Below are positions 17,231 through 26,279 of a DNA stretch of 64,000 bases, one piece after another. Source of the DNA: a virus; IMG/VR virus record IMGVR_UViG_3300027413_000002, one strand, 5' to 3'. A program made the translations under genes and the position numbers. Numbering within the stretch: the stretch's first letter is position 1; each line of letters starts with the position of its first letter. The notes below the pieces were generated by a model. The model did not search any database. It saw nothing but the letters and a program-made list of their open reading frames with translations, and had not been told where the DNA came from.

Positions 17231-18005
17231 CTCCCATCGCCTCGCTCAGAAGTTTTTTGTTGCGCACAACCTGATTGTAGTTGTAAGCGTTTCTTAAAAT
17301 AGACAAATCCACTCCTAGTTGACTTGCCGACTTCATAAAGGCACTGGTATCTTTCGGGAAGCAGTGCCCACCAAATCCTCGTTCTTCCGTCACAGTCATA
17401 TGGCTGTCACCAATACGTTCGTCACGGCTGACAAGATCCTTCACGTTATTATAATTTATACCTGCTTCTTCACAGAGATCGTAGATCTGATTGAAGAATG
17501 CAACCTTTGCAGCCAAGAAGCTGTTGACGGTATATTTCATCACTATGAGTTCTTTTGGATCGCGTCTGAACATCTCACAACCCTGCTTCCAGAATAGCGA
17601 TGCCCAGAACAGATCATCACCCCCACCAAAATACATTGACTCTCTGTTATTTATGTCCTCAAGCGCATGCTCTGCTCTCAGGAACTCAGGGCTGAATGTG
17701 ATTTCGTGGTCTGGATAGATCCCTTGGATATAATCCCATCCCTCGAGAGAGATAGTGCTTTTGATCAGGATAGGAATCCCAGCAGGACACTGATCAAGGA
17801 CATTAAACACATTGCTCATATCGCAATGACCATCCTTACTATCAGACATCGGTGTTGACACTGCGATAATCACAGCTTCTGGATTACCGATCTTATTCTT
17901 ATTGTGTGCTGGATCCACAATCGTTATGTCGTGCAACTTATGAACCGACAGAGCCATTTCGTGCGCTCGACCGACAAACCCATATCCAAAAATTGTTATC
18001 TTCAT
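17214..18005 (-). CDS. UDP-glucose/GDP-mannose dehydrogenase family protein (lacks C-terminal domain)
   Basis: GYGFVG, IKST, PEFL, K...N, GFGGHCFPKD. Confidence 0.85.
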   Translation of the reverse strand: MKITIFGYGFVGRAHEMALSVHKLHDITIVDPAHNKNKIGNPEAVIIAVSTPMSDSKDGHCDMSNVFNVLDQCPAGIPILIKSTISLEGWDYIQGIYPDHEITFSPEFLRAEHALEDINNRESMYFGGGDDLFWASLFWKQGCEMFRRDPKELIVMKYTVNSFLAAKVAFFNQIYDLCEEAGINYNNVKDLVSRDERIGDSHMTVTEERGFGGHCFPKDTSAFMKSASQLGVDLSILRNAYNYNQVVRNKKLLSEAMGDGIQR

Positions 18006-18430
18006 TTGTATTGCTCCACGATTATATCATCACATTTGCTGAGGAACTTAATACCATCATCGCTTCGGAGGTGTGGTTTTTCCCAGACTACGCGCATAAT
18101 TCCTGCTTGGTAGATTAGTTTGGCGCAATCCATACAGGGTGCAGTGGTGCAGTATATCGTTGCGTCCATACAATTTTCTGATGACCTTGCGACCTTGGCG
18201 ATGGCATTCGTCTCAGCGTGCAACACTTCTGGTTTAGTGACTGGCATATTACCAAACTCGTCTGTGGTCTCACAGTTATTGTCCCAGCCAGAAGGCATGC
18301 CATTGTAACCGATCGAAATGATTCGGTTGTCCTTCACAATCACAGCACCAACCTGTAATCGTTTAGCGGTCGAGAGTTCCGAGTAAATCCTCGCAACCTT
18401 CATGTGTGCTTTATCCCATTTATTCATCAA
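18002..18430 (-). CDS. cd: dCMP deaminase
   Basis: VGAVIV, GYNG, HAE.NAI, PCxxC. Confidence 0.9.
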   Translation of the reverse strand: MMNKWDKAHMKVARIYSELSTAKRLQVGAVIVKDNRIISIGYNGMPSGWDNNCETTDEFGNMPVTKPEVLHAETNAIAKVARSSENCMDATIYCTTAPCMDCAKLIYQAGIMRVVWEKPHLRSDDGIKFLSKCDDIIVEQYK

Positions 18431-19061
18431 ATTCTCCTATCGATCCATAACTCAAAATCATATGGTATCTTGTTTCTTCGCTTGCGTTATACACATAATG
18501 GTCTCGGCAGGTGTCGACATTATATAATTTACCCTGTTCTAGATGATACACTTTCTGATTAGCGACATCTGACGCATCATACATAAAACAATACGGGTTT
18601 GTAACTACAGGATAGTGATACTTTCTAACACCATCTCTATGTAAAACCAATCCAGATTTTGGCTTCAACTCATTCAATGTAACCTTATGGAAGTCCACAC
18701 CAATCTTGTCTACTGCTTCTCTTACCTTTTGTGGAATTTCCTTGTTCCAATATTTGTAGTCGTCATCCATATAATTCAACAGACCTTTAGCATATGCCAC
18801 ATTGGTGAAGTGTTTGGTCATTCCTATCTCAAACACTTCTGGGTCATTGGCGTGTTTACCCGCAAACTCTTGCAATTGCTCTGGTGTCAAACTTATCTTT
18901 GGTGTATTCTCCTGCCAGTAGTTTGACTGCTCTGAGAATCTATTCTTCAGAAATATCTCAGCGCGACTAAACTCTTCAACAAAGGTAGATTGTTCTATTA
19001 TTATACTCAATTCGTCAACGATGTCAAGCACTAAATCTATTTCTTCTACCATATCGATCAT
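18420..19061 (-). CDS. 2OG-Fe(II) oxygenase (Asp/Asn beta-hydroxylase-like)
   Basis: LHRD, H.P..TN, HYVYN, RYH. Confidence 0.7.
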   Translation of the reverse strand: MIDMVEEIDLVLDIVDELSIIIEQSTFVEEFSRAEIFLKNRFSEQSNYWQENTPKISLTPEQLQEFAGKHANDPEVFEIGMTKHFTNVAYAKGLLNYMDDDYKYWNKEIPQKVREAVDKIGVDFHKVTLNELKPKSGLVLHRDGVRKYHYPVVTNPYCFMYDASDVANQKVYHLEQGKLYNVDTCRDHYVYNASEETRYHMILSYGSIGEFDE

Positions 19062-20377
19062 CTGTCTGCCCAGTCCTCGGCTTTCCAGCCCGAGCCTTTA
19101 TTTTCGTTTGGGTCAAATGGCAGGGGTTCTATTGAATCAAACCACTCAGCTGCCTCTTCGTCTAGAGACCAAATTAAATCTTGGAATTTTACATTCTCAC
19201 AGAAGTTGTCTCGATATAAAGTATAGCCCTTCATCTTTCTGATGATTTCTTCGTTGTCAAAGATGTGTGCCATCTTCTGCTTTTCATCACGATAGATTCG
19301 GAGGATATCCAACCCTCTCTCGAATCCTTCGTTCATATATTTTTTCAGAGATTCCTCCGCATTCGTGACAATGCGGTCGAAAATATGTTGAGGGAATAAT
19401 CTTATGTCCGCGAGACCGTGACCGCCTCCTGGATATTCTAGTGGTTCATTGACATAGATGTGATCATAAAACCTCACATCTTTATCGAAATACAGACGCT
19501 GATACTCCTCCATATTCATAATCATGGCAGAGGTATAGACAGCATTGACTTCGATTTCGAATCCGAGATCGTAATACTCGTTCCAAGTTTCCCAGCATTC
19601 ATCCCACTTCGCGCCATCGCGATTATATTCAAACACATCTCCCACGCCATCCATTGATGTTCTAAGTTCAATGTTTAATGGCTTTATCATCTCGGGAATA
19701 GACTTATTCTTCCACGTGTTGTGAGTGAGGTTGGTGTTATATTGTATTCGGATAGTCTTGACATAATCCGAGTACTCTGGGTCGTCTAGCAACTCAACAA
19801 GTTTGTCAGTAACTTTCCAGTGTACTGGCATCATCATCGGCTCGCCACCAGCCCAGTTTATCTTCTTACATCTTTTTTCCATAATAGATCGGATGATAGA
19901 ATCTGCTTGTGCTTGCTCATATGGTTTGTCCATATTATTTGGCCAATCAAAGCCATACATCTTCTTCTCGAGAGTCGCCCAAGTCGAACTGAGTACTGGT
20001 GTGCAAGTCTGGCATTGTAGATTACAGTGGACTGATTTATGTTCAAAATATTCTGGCTCGACATCCATCGAACCATCCTCGTTCACAAGGGGAATGAGTT
20101 CATCGACATTCCATTCTTGTAGTCCCTCTTGACGCAATGATTCAAGACCGTTGTCCTCCCGATAGTAACACACACCACACATGTCCAGCTTTTCTCCAGC
20201 CAGCATCCTGAGACGAATACTCTTCATCTCCTCGCTGTTCCACCACTCTTCATCAGTACGCTGTTTGTCTTGTGATACTCTGGGTGTTGATGAACAACAG
20301 AGTCTGCGTTCATTGCGCGTCCCTGTGTAGACGTGGTTCATAATATATGGACAGATTACATCAGACATCCCACTCAT
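19058..20377 (-). CDS. radical SAM protein with N-terminal SPASM/twitch-like Cys cluster
   Basis: CNLQCQTC, AGGEP, YNTN, SMDG; N-terminal CP..CC..CxxC. Confidence 0.85.
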   Translation of the reverse strand: MSGMSDVICPYIMNHVYTGTRNERRLCCSSTPRVSQDKQRTDEEWWNSEEMKSIRLRMLAGEKLDMCGVCYYREDNGLESLRQEGLQEWNVDELIPLVNEDGSMDVEPEYFEHKSVHCNLQCQTCTPVLSSTWATLEKKMYGFDWPNNMDKPYEQAQADSIIRSIMEKRCKKINWAGGEPMMMPVHWKVTDKLVELLDDPEYSDYVKTIRIQYNTNLTHNTWKNKSIPEMIKPLNIELRTSMDGVGDVFEYNRDGAKWDECWETWNEYYDLGFEIEVNAVYTSAMIMNMEEYQRLYFDKDVRFYDHIYVNEPLEYPGGGHGLADIRLFPQHIFDRIVTNAEESLKKYMNEGFERGLDILRIYRDEKQKMAHIFDNEEIIRKMKGYTLYRDNFCENVKFQDLIWSLDEEAAEWFDSIEPLPFDPNENKGSGWKAEDWADR

Positions 20378-21143
20378 ACCCTGCCTTTTTCAATAGATTC
20401 ATTGTTATGTGAATATGTCTATTCGATCCATAGTGATGTAAATCTCTAGACAAGTCATGTTCTTGGAACAGAGAAAAATAATCATCACCATCACAAGGAT
20501 CGTGAATTAATGGTGTATTGAATTGATCACACACACTTTGCATGGCTCTCAACACTTTCTCTCTGTGTAGGATCCATTCATCTTCTATGGTGGGTAGTGG
20601 GAATGGCAACGACAATGTCCCATTAACAGTGTGGTGTTCATAACCCTCTGCTGGGGTGCACATAAACACGTGTGATGGCTTGATTTTCGGTAGCCAATAC
20701 AGCAGGACTCTGAATGCAGAATCTAGACTGCCATCGACAATCCCAAGATTATATGCTCTCACCTTCAGAGTTTGACTCAGACGAGTAGACCAAATTTTAC
20801 CCTCTGGCATACCGACACCGAATGTATTTGAATCACCGAGACATATTACACTGCGTTTCTTCGGTTCAGTCGGCATTTCCTCGCCTCTGAATCCATGAGA
20901 GTTTATTCTGTATGATAAATTGACCCAATCATTCATTCCCTTATCTTCGTGATTGTAGTCATATTTGTGACCGATGACACGGTCGCTGAGTTGTGGTGAA
21001 TGGTGGCTCCAACCATACTTTTCTAATTCGTAATAGTTGGTCTCACAGTTTTCTTTATACAGTTCCTCGGTGTCACCTGCGTAAAATGGGAGTTCATCAG
21101 GTGTGTGAACCTTCCCGTCTGATCTGCCCCATTCTTCTTTCAT
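20361..21143 (-). CDS. SGNH/GDSL-like protein (paralog 2)
   Basis: NSHGFRG, GDSNTFG, YNLG, SRDLHH. Confidence 0.65.
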   Translation of the reverse strand: MKEEWGRSDGKVHTPDELPFYAGDTEELYKENCETNYYELEKYGWSHHSPQLSDRVIGHKYDYNHEDKGMNDWVNLSYRINSHGFRGEEMPTEPKKRSVICLGDSNTFGVGMPEGKIWSTRLSQTLKVRAYNLGIVDGSLDSAFRVLLYWLPKIKPSHVFMCTPAEGYEHHTVNGTLSLPFPLPTIEDEWILHREKVLRAMQSVCDQFNTPLIHDPCDGDDYFSLFQEHDLSRDLHHYGSNRHIHITMNLLKKAGYEWDV

Positions 21144-21146
21144 AAT

Positions 21147-21329
21147 CTATTCTTGCTCTTTGTCCTCGACCCACTTGTTAAATTGAGCAGAACCGACCTT
21201 ATCCTCAACCCATTCCAAAACTACTGCTGCTCCGATTGTGGCTCCTTTGCGTTCACCGAAGTAGTGGCCAACAAGATATGCGAGTCCAATACATGCCCAA
21301 GCGATAATAGTGTGTGTTAACGTATCCAT
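21147..21329 (-). CDS. small membrane protein
   Basis: 60 aa with TM segment. Confidence 0.6.
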   Translation of the reverse strand: MDTLTHTIIAWACIGLAYLVGHYFGERKGATIGAAVVLEWVEDKVGSAQFNKWVEDKEQE

Positions 21330-22333
21330 TTGTTTTCCTTTATTTTACGAAACACTTGTTCAGCCGACTCCGTATAACTTACTTCTGTCGGGTGAACACC
21401 GTCTCGTGGCTGTCCTCTGGCGTACCACTCAGCTTTATCTTTCAAACCCTCAGTTCCAATAATAAGGGTTGATGCGATCATATTGGGATGAGTCTCATAC
21501 TTTTCTCTCAACTCAGCTGTAGCGTCTAACTTTGTGTACTCATCGTAACGCCACATAACAGCAATGTTTCTGGGATAATTTATCAATTTTCCAAGGTCAG
21601 CATCATATGCTTCTGTCATCATATCTATAACCGTTGAATCAAACTCTTTTGAGTCAAACTTGGCTCGGGTATGTTCATTATACCCACCAAGATCATACGA
21701 TTCTTTTACCTTCTTGAAGTGTGCTTTGAATATTCTTTTCCAGTTGTGATTACCGACCTGAATGGCATCTTCGAATTCAAGGCGTGTTACATCCCAAACC
21801 AAATGTGAAACTGTGCAAATTGGTTTCAGGATGTCAGACCAAGCATCTATAATACGCATCGATGATTTAGCACCACCATTATTGATACTCAGATTATATA
21901 CTGGCTTTCCAGTAATCTCCTGTAATTTATAACAAAATCCTTGCTCTTCGTTATGTCCTGTCGCAAATCCAGCACTGTTGCCAGTGACCAAAATACAATC
22001 TCCAATACCTTCGAGGTTATCGAGATCAGTCATATCTTTTTGTTCGCGATAACCATACTTGTTGAGTTTGTATTCAATTGGTTGAATTTGGTCATCGACC
22101 AACCATCCACTGTCGCGAAGATAATCTTCTCTTTCTGGGGTTACGAGACTACAAGAATCTGAGCCAAACCAAGCAAAGTTTGCATTCAATGCACTGGTCG
22201 GTGTTGACCTACCAAATGCATATGCCTCTGGTGGTAAATCGTACACAGGAGCGTGTTTTCCATATTGCATGCACGCCCTTGTTTGGCGATACATTTTGAT
22301 TACATCCTTGTCATCACGCCCAAGATTGATCAT
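21317..22333 (-). CDS. SGNH/GDSL-like protein (paralog 3)
   Basis: NKYGYRE, GNS, YNLS, PRDGVHP; start MINLG by ATGA coupling. Confidence 0.6.
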   Translation of the reverse strand: MINLGRDDKDVIKMYRQTRACMQYGKHAPVYDLPPEAYAFGRSTPTSALNANFAWFGSDSCSLVTPEREDYLRDSGWLVDDQIQPIEYKLNKYGYREQKDMTDLDNLEGIGDCILVTGNSAGFATGHNEEQGFCYKLQEITGKPVYNLSINNGGAKSSMRIIDAWSDILKPICTVSHLVWDVTRLEFEDAIQVGNHNWKRIFKAHFKKVKESYDLGGYNEHTRAKFDSKEFDSTVIDMMTEAYDADLGKLINYPRNIAVMWRYDEYTKLDATAELREKYETHPNMIASTLIIGTEGLKDKAEWYARGQPRDGVHPTEVSYTESAEQVFRKIKENKWIR

Positions 22334-22548
22334 GACGGAGAACTTTCTCGGATAGTCTGTACCCAAGCATCTCGTGCCTGACTGCGCTCAAAGCAATCAT
22401 CGCGATACATATCTTTCAAGAAGTTTAGATTGTTCTCGATATATTCTTCAAGAGTGACTCTTGGGTCACCGAATGCATCACGTTCAACACAATTCTTATG
22501 CCACATGGTTGTTGCCCACTCTAGAAATTTAGTATCCTGTAACTTCAT
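22330..22548 (-). CDS. hypothetical protein
   Basis: 72 aa overlapping neighbours. Confidence 0.65.
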   Translation of the reverse strand: MKLQDTKFLEWATTMWHKNCVERDAFGDPRVTLEEYIENNLNFLKDMYRDDCFERSQARDAWVQTIRESSPS

Positions 22549-23119
22549 GGTAGATTTCCTCCCAGTTTTTCATTGACTTAAACTCGCCCTTTGCTGTCAT
22601 ATTGTGTCCATGACGAACAAGTAAACTCTCAAACCCACAAGCTGCACCAACTTCTGCATTCTCAGGTTTGTCTTCAATCCAATAACAACCATTGTACGTC
22701 TCACTCAACTCACACAGAATCTCATCTTTGTCTGCGCCAGTATCAAGACAGATAACTTTCTCAAACGTGTTATCACCGAACAGCTTACTCAGGTTGCGCT
22801 CTCGAAGTTTCTGCGCATACGGATCCAGAGACAGACTTGTCACGGCAATGAATTTATATTTATGCTTCTCGTGCATCAACTTTATATAGTGTTGCGCATC
22901 ACGGAGAGGCGGCAGGAAACCGATCGAAGCAGAGGTATTAAACATGCGAACCATATGACGCGACACTGGCTTCTGGATGTTAAAACGGTTGTGGATACCA
23001 TACATCTTCTTATAATCTTTAACTGGAGTGTGTCCTTGGTTTACCATCCAAATGTCAAATGCCTCTTCCCAATCGAGGCACACTCCATCAACATCAGTAA
23101 GTATATACTTGTCCTTCAT
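22529..23119 (-). CDS. HAD-superfamily phosphatase (5'-nucleotidase-like)
   Basis: DVDGV motif I, VTS, K, WIEDK..N. Confidence 0.8.
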   Translation of the reverse strand: MKDKYILTDVDGVCLDWEEAFDIWMVNQGHTPVKDYKKMYGIHNRFNIQKPVSRHMVRMFNTSASIGFLPPLRDAQHYIKLMHEKHKYKFIAVTSLSLDPYAQKLRERNLSKLFGDNTFEKVICLDTGADKDEILCELSETYNGCYWIEDKPENAEVGAACGFESLLVRHGHNMTAKGEFKSMKNWEEIYHEVTGY

Positions 23120-23322
23120 TACAACTCCCATACACTGGAAAGGTCTTGTTGAATGACATGCCATTCAGCCATGGTAGTCTCGAGAGCGAAATCGCGCATC
23201 TCAGGACGATTGGCGAACTGCTCGTACACAGCATACTCAACGACTTTAGAAGTCTCGTTGTAGTTGCTTTCAGCAATTTCTTGACACTCATAAACAAATC
23301 GGCTCATCTTACTCATAATCAT
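23119..23322 (-). CDS. hypothetical protein
   Basis: First ORF after early promoter. Confidence 0.65.
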   Translation of the reverse strand: MIMSKMSRFVYECQEIAESNYNETSKVVEYAVYEQFANRPEMRDFALETTMAEWHVIQQDLSSVWEL

Positions 23323-23343
23323 TCTCCAACAAAATATACACTA

Positions 23344-23371
23344 ATTATACTACAATCGAGGGGAAAGTCAA
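23344..23371 (-). promoter_or_regulatory. sigma70-type early promoter (16-bp spacer)
   Basis: TTGACT-N16-TATAAT. Confidence 0.8.
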
Positions 23372-23376
23372 GCGTT

Positions 23377-23562
23377 TTATGCCTTTCCAGCAGCAACACG
23401 ATGACGAACCAGAGACAACTCTGTTCCTTCAAGACCCAGACGGATCTCGCGGACACGAGCCACGGCATCATCAATTACTTGCTCAATCGAGACATCACTG
23501 AATAGGACAGCAGAAGCCTTGGAGCCACTAGAAAATTCAACGGTTAGATCAGCTTTAAACAT
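23377..23562 (-). CDS. hypothetical protein
   Basis: 61 aa, GAGAGAGA RBS. Confidence 0.7.
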   Translation of the reverse strand: MFKADLTVEFSSGSKASAVLFSDVSIEQVIDDAVARVREIRLGLEGTELSLVRHRVAAGKA

Positions 23563-23578
23563 ATTTCTCTCTCTTTTC

Positions 23579-23624
23579 TCTCAATTTATACTCTATTATA
23601 CCGCAGAGAGGACAGAAGTCAACA
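23579..23624 (-). repeat. 46-bp promoter-containing direct repeat, copy 2
   Basis: 44/46 identical to 11923-11968. Confidence 0.85.
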
Positions 23625-23645
23625 CTTTTCTTGCTTTTTATACAA

Positions 23646-23653
23646 TATAAATA
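23646..23653 (+). promoter_or_regulatory. T4-type late promoter TATAAATA
   Basis: Exact motif upstream of + strand NUMOD3 gene. Confidence 0.7.
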
Positions 23654-23693
23654 TACTGTAAATACAACAACTTATGAATTATTTGAGGTTATT

Positions 23694-24212
23694 ATGGCTA
23701 GAGCATCCCGATTTTTTGCGTTTCGAGCGCGGGATGAGTTCTGGATCGTTGATGAAAACACCCTCCAAGACGTCCCCAAACCCCGAGAACTGCTAATTAA
23801 ACTCTCCACAGTCGAGGCTGCGAGAGAATATGTGCTCACCCAAAACAAGACAGAGTTGCCTATAGTTGATAGGTGTCGAGATAGGACTGGCTGGCACACA
23901 CCAGAAGGTCGAGAGAGGATACGAAAAGCCAAAATAGGGGATAAACACCCCCATAAGGCTGGTCTTTCCGACGACCATAAGCGTAAAATTAAAGAAACAA
24001 TGACAGGTACTCGGGTTGGAGAGTTCAACCCCATGTATGGTCGCAGGCATTCCCCAGAAACAGTCGCCAAGATCCGTCAAAAAGCGTATGAAAGACCGAG
24101 GCGAAAGTGGTGTGTCGAACCAGATGGAAGCATGCACCTCATCCCAACCACCGATGACTTACCAGTTGGATGGCAGTGGGGAAGATATTTTGACCCGTAC
24201 AAACCTGTCTAG
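23694..24212 (+). CDS. NUMOD3-repeat DNA-binding protein (homing-endonuclease-like)
   Basis: HTPEGRERIRKAK, LSDDHKRKI, NPMYGRRHSPETVAKIR; GAGG RBS. Confidence 0.7.
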   Translation: MARASRFFAFRARDEFWIVDENTLQDVPKPRELLIKLSTVEAAREYVLTQNKTELPIVDRCRDRTGWHTPEGRERIRKAKIGDKHPHKAGLSDDHKRKIKETMTGTRVGEFNPMYGRRHSPETVAKIRQKAYERPRRKWCVEPDGSMHLIPTTDDLPVGWQWGRYFDPYKPV

Positions 24213-24884
24213 GATCTTGTCGTGCTGTTCTGGTCCAGGATGATATCCGTCTCTAGACTCTCCATACCACTCAAACGGGCTATGATCAGCGTAATGTAGA
24301 TTGGTATCTCTACAGATCCACTGAATGGCGTCCAGATTCTTTTGTTTTTGCACTGCAATCTGTGGTTCTGTCGAAATGTGCTCGAGAAAGAGTTTCTCCT
24401 TGAAATAACTTTCATCTGTGATTTCGTGACCGCCCATTTTCTGCACAATAATGTTGTGCCAGATCCCAGAAGACCATCCGACGCCATCTTCTCTAATAAA
24501 CTCTTGACGATTAGGTGCTGGTTCTAGGAGATAAACATTCTCTGGGTTAAGTTTTGGAACCCAATACCCAAGAATACGAGTGATTGTGTCCAGACCACAT
24601 GATGCTTGAGACAGGTTCACAAACTGGTCTTTGGTGTTGTGTTTGTATGCCCATCCGTCCTCTTGATTTAGACCAAATGCCAATGTAGTGCTATCGCCAA
24701 TGTATAGATCACATCCTTGTGCAGCGTCCTCCATTTCAAAATCCATACGGAATCCGTCTTGGTTGAAGCGATATCTAATTACTTCGCCTTCTTTGTCGAA
24801 TTTTGCACGATCTGGAGTGTCCATGATAAACCAGTCAACAGTTTGACCACAAACTTCTTGGTGATAATCAATCGGCTTTTGCAT
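24159..24884 (-). CDS. SGNH/GDSL-like protein (paralog 4)
   Basis: NQDGFR, GDSTT, VNLS, SRDGYHPG. Confidence 0.65.
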   Translation of the reverse strand: MQKPIDYHQEVCGQTVDWFIMDTPDRAKFDKEGEVIRYRFNQDGFRMDFEMEDAAQGCDLYIGDSTTLAFGLNQEDGWAYKHNTKDQFVNLSQASCGLDTITRILGYWVPKLNPENVYLLEPAPNRQEFIREDGVGWSSGIWHNIIVQKMGGHEITDESYFKEKLFLEHISTEPQIAVQKQKNLDAIQWICRDTNLHYADHSPFEWYGESRDGYHPGPEQHDKILDRFVRVKISSPLPSNW

Positions 24885-25365
24885 CTTTTTTCTTCCTTGA
24901 TTTTTTCTTCACTGGTTTATTGTATTCCTCGATACCGAGTGGCTTCATCAGCTTCTCGAGTTTCGGGTATAATTCCAGCAATTTGCCATCCTTGACACTT
25001 GTTAACAGATCTGCTTCATTGTAATGCAGACCCTCCAAGATTTGAACCCAATTCATCTCTTGCTTCCACGTCACAAGATTTCTGAGATTACTATTTGGAT
25101 CCAAAAACGTATTGATTCGACGCCATTCCATCTGGATCGTTGTATCACCCATTCCGTCTGGGATGTCTCTATCCAGCTTTACGTTCTCAGGCATTCCTTC
25201 AGGAAGACCCCACTCGATCTTCACCGCGCCAACACCTGCTCGTACGAGGGGAACGATTGTTTGGTTCGTTGCAGCCCATTCTTTGAGTCGACCGACTTGA
25301 CCATCTACAGTCGGGGCTTCGAATACATAATCAAACCCTTCGTTTACTTGTCTAAATTTTCTCAT
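24868..25365 (-). CDS. conserved T4-like hypothetical protein (downstream of rnh)
   Basis: W.LPEG.P...QILEGLH..EA.LL...KD pattern. Confidence 0.7.
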   Translation of the reverse strand: MRKFRQVNEGFDYVFEAPTVDGQVGRLKEWAATNQTIVPLVRAGVGAVKIEWGLPEGMPENVKLDRDIPDGMGDTTIQMEWRRINTFLDPNSNLRNLVTWKQEMNWVQILEGLHYNEADLLTSVKDGKLLELYPKLEKLMKPLGIEEYNKPVKKKSRKKKDAKAD

Positions 25366-25391
25366 AATTTCTCCATAAATCAGTATATATA

Positions 25392-26279
25392 CTAGAAGTC
25401 TTCAGCGACTTCCATCATATTTCTCAGACGATACTTGATAAAGTAATTCAACAAGTTCGCTCGGCTCTTACCCTTTTGTCTCTGATATTCGCCCACAATC
25501 TCGTCTTTAATTTCTTGCGGTGTCATCGAGAGGTCAACCAACTGTCGGTTGCGGACATATCCCGAAGCCATCTCACCAGATACAAACTCCTCTGGCTTCT
25601 GCTTCTTCCACTCAGCAAGTAATGCCTTGCGGATCGGCTTCTGTCGCTTTCCCTCTGTAACGAATGTGTCATCGTCACTCAGGATGTTGGGAACACCATC
25701 GCCCTTGTCGCCAGAGATAATATGCTCCATCAACACTTCTTCTGGTGTACCATCCAACTTCACCCACTTCTTCTTGATAGGCGAGAACTGCTGAACATTC
25801 GAGAACTTTTGCAGTTGCTGGAAGTCATGGTCGCCTGAAAGAATAAGGAATGGCTCTGGCTCGGCAAACATAGGATGATCAGTCATATCATTCTCTTGAC
25901 TGTACTCAGCCAGTGCACCAATGACATCATCTGCCTCTGCGCCATCAATATCAAGGACAGGGTATGGAAGAAACTCGTCCAACTCACTGCGGATCTGATG
26001 TAACGCATCAAAGATAGAAGACCAATCGTGACCGCTAGAGTCTCGAGACTTCTTTCGTGATGCCTTATAGAACGGATAAACATCTCGACGCCAATAGTGT
26101 CGATTGTCACAGGCGATAACTACCTCGCCATATTCATTACCAAACCGCTTTCGATAGTTGCGAATCTGGTTCAGAATCATATGACGCAACAGGTCGAGGT
26201 TCATCTCGACATCTGGACGACCACGTGTTTCTGCCATATAGTTAGAGATGAATGTTTGGTTATAATCAATAACAATCAT
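25392..26279 (-). CDS. rnh: T4-like RNase H (5'-3' exonuclease)
   Basis: IDYNQ, WRR..YP.YKA.R, EADD, SGDHDF.QL, GDKGDGVPN. Confidence 0.92.
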   Translation of the reverse strand: MIVIDYNQTFISNYMAETRGRPDVEMNLDLLRHMILNQIRNYRKRFGNEYGEVVIACDNRHYWRRDVYPFYKASRKKSRDSSGHDWSSIFDALHQIRSELDEFLPYPVLDIDGAEADDVIGALAEYSQENDMTDHPMFAEPEPFLILSGDHDFQQLQKFSNVQQFSPIKKKWVKLDGTPEEVLMEHIISGDKGDGVPNILSDDDTFVTEGKRQKPIRKALLAEWKKQKPEEFVSGEMASGYVRNRQLVDLSMTPQEIKDEIVGEYQRQKGKSRANLLNYFIKYRLRNMMEVAEDF

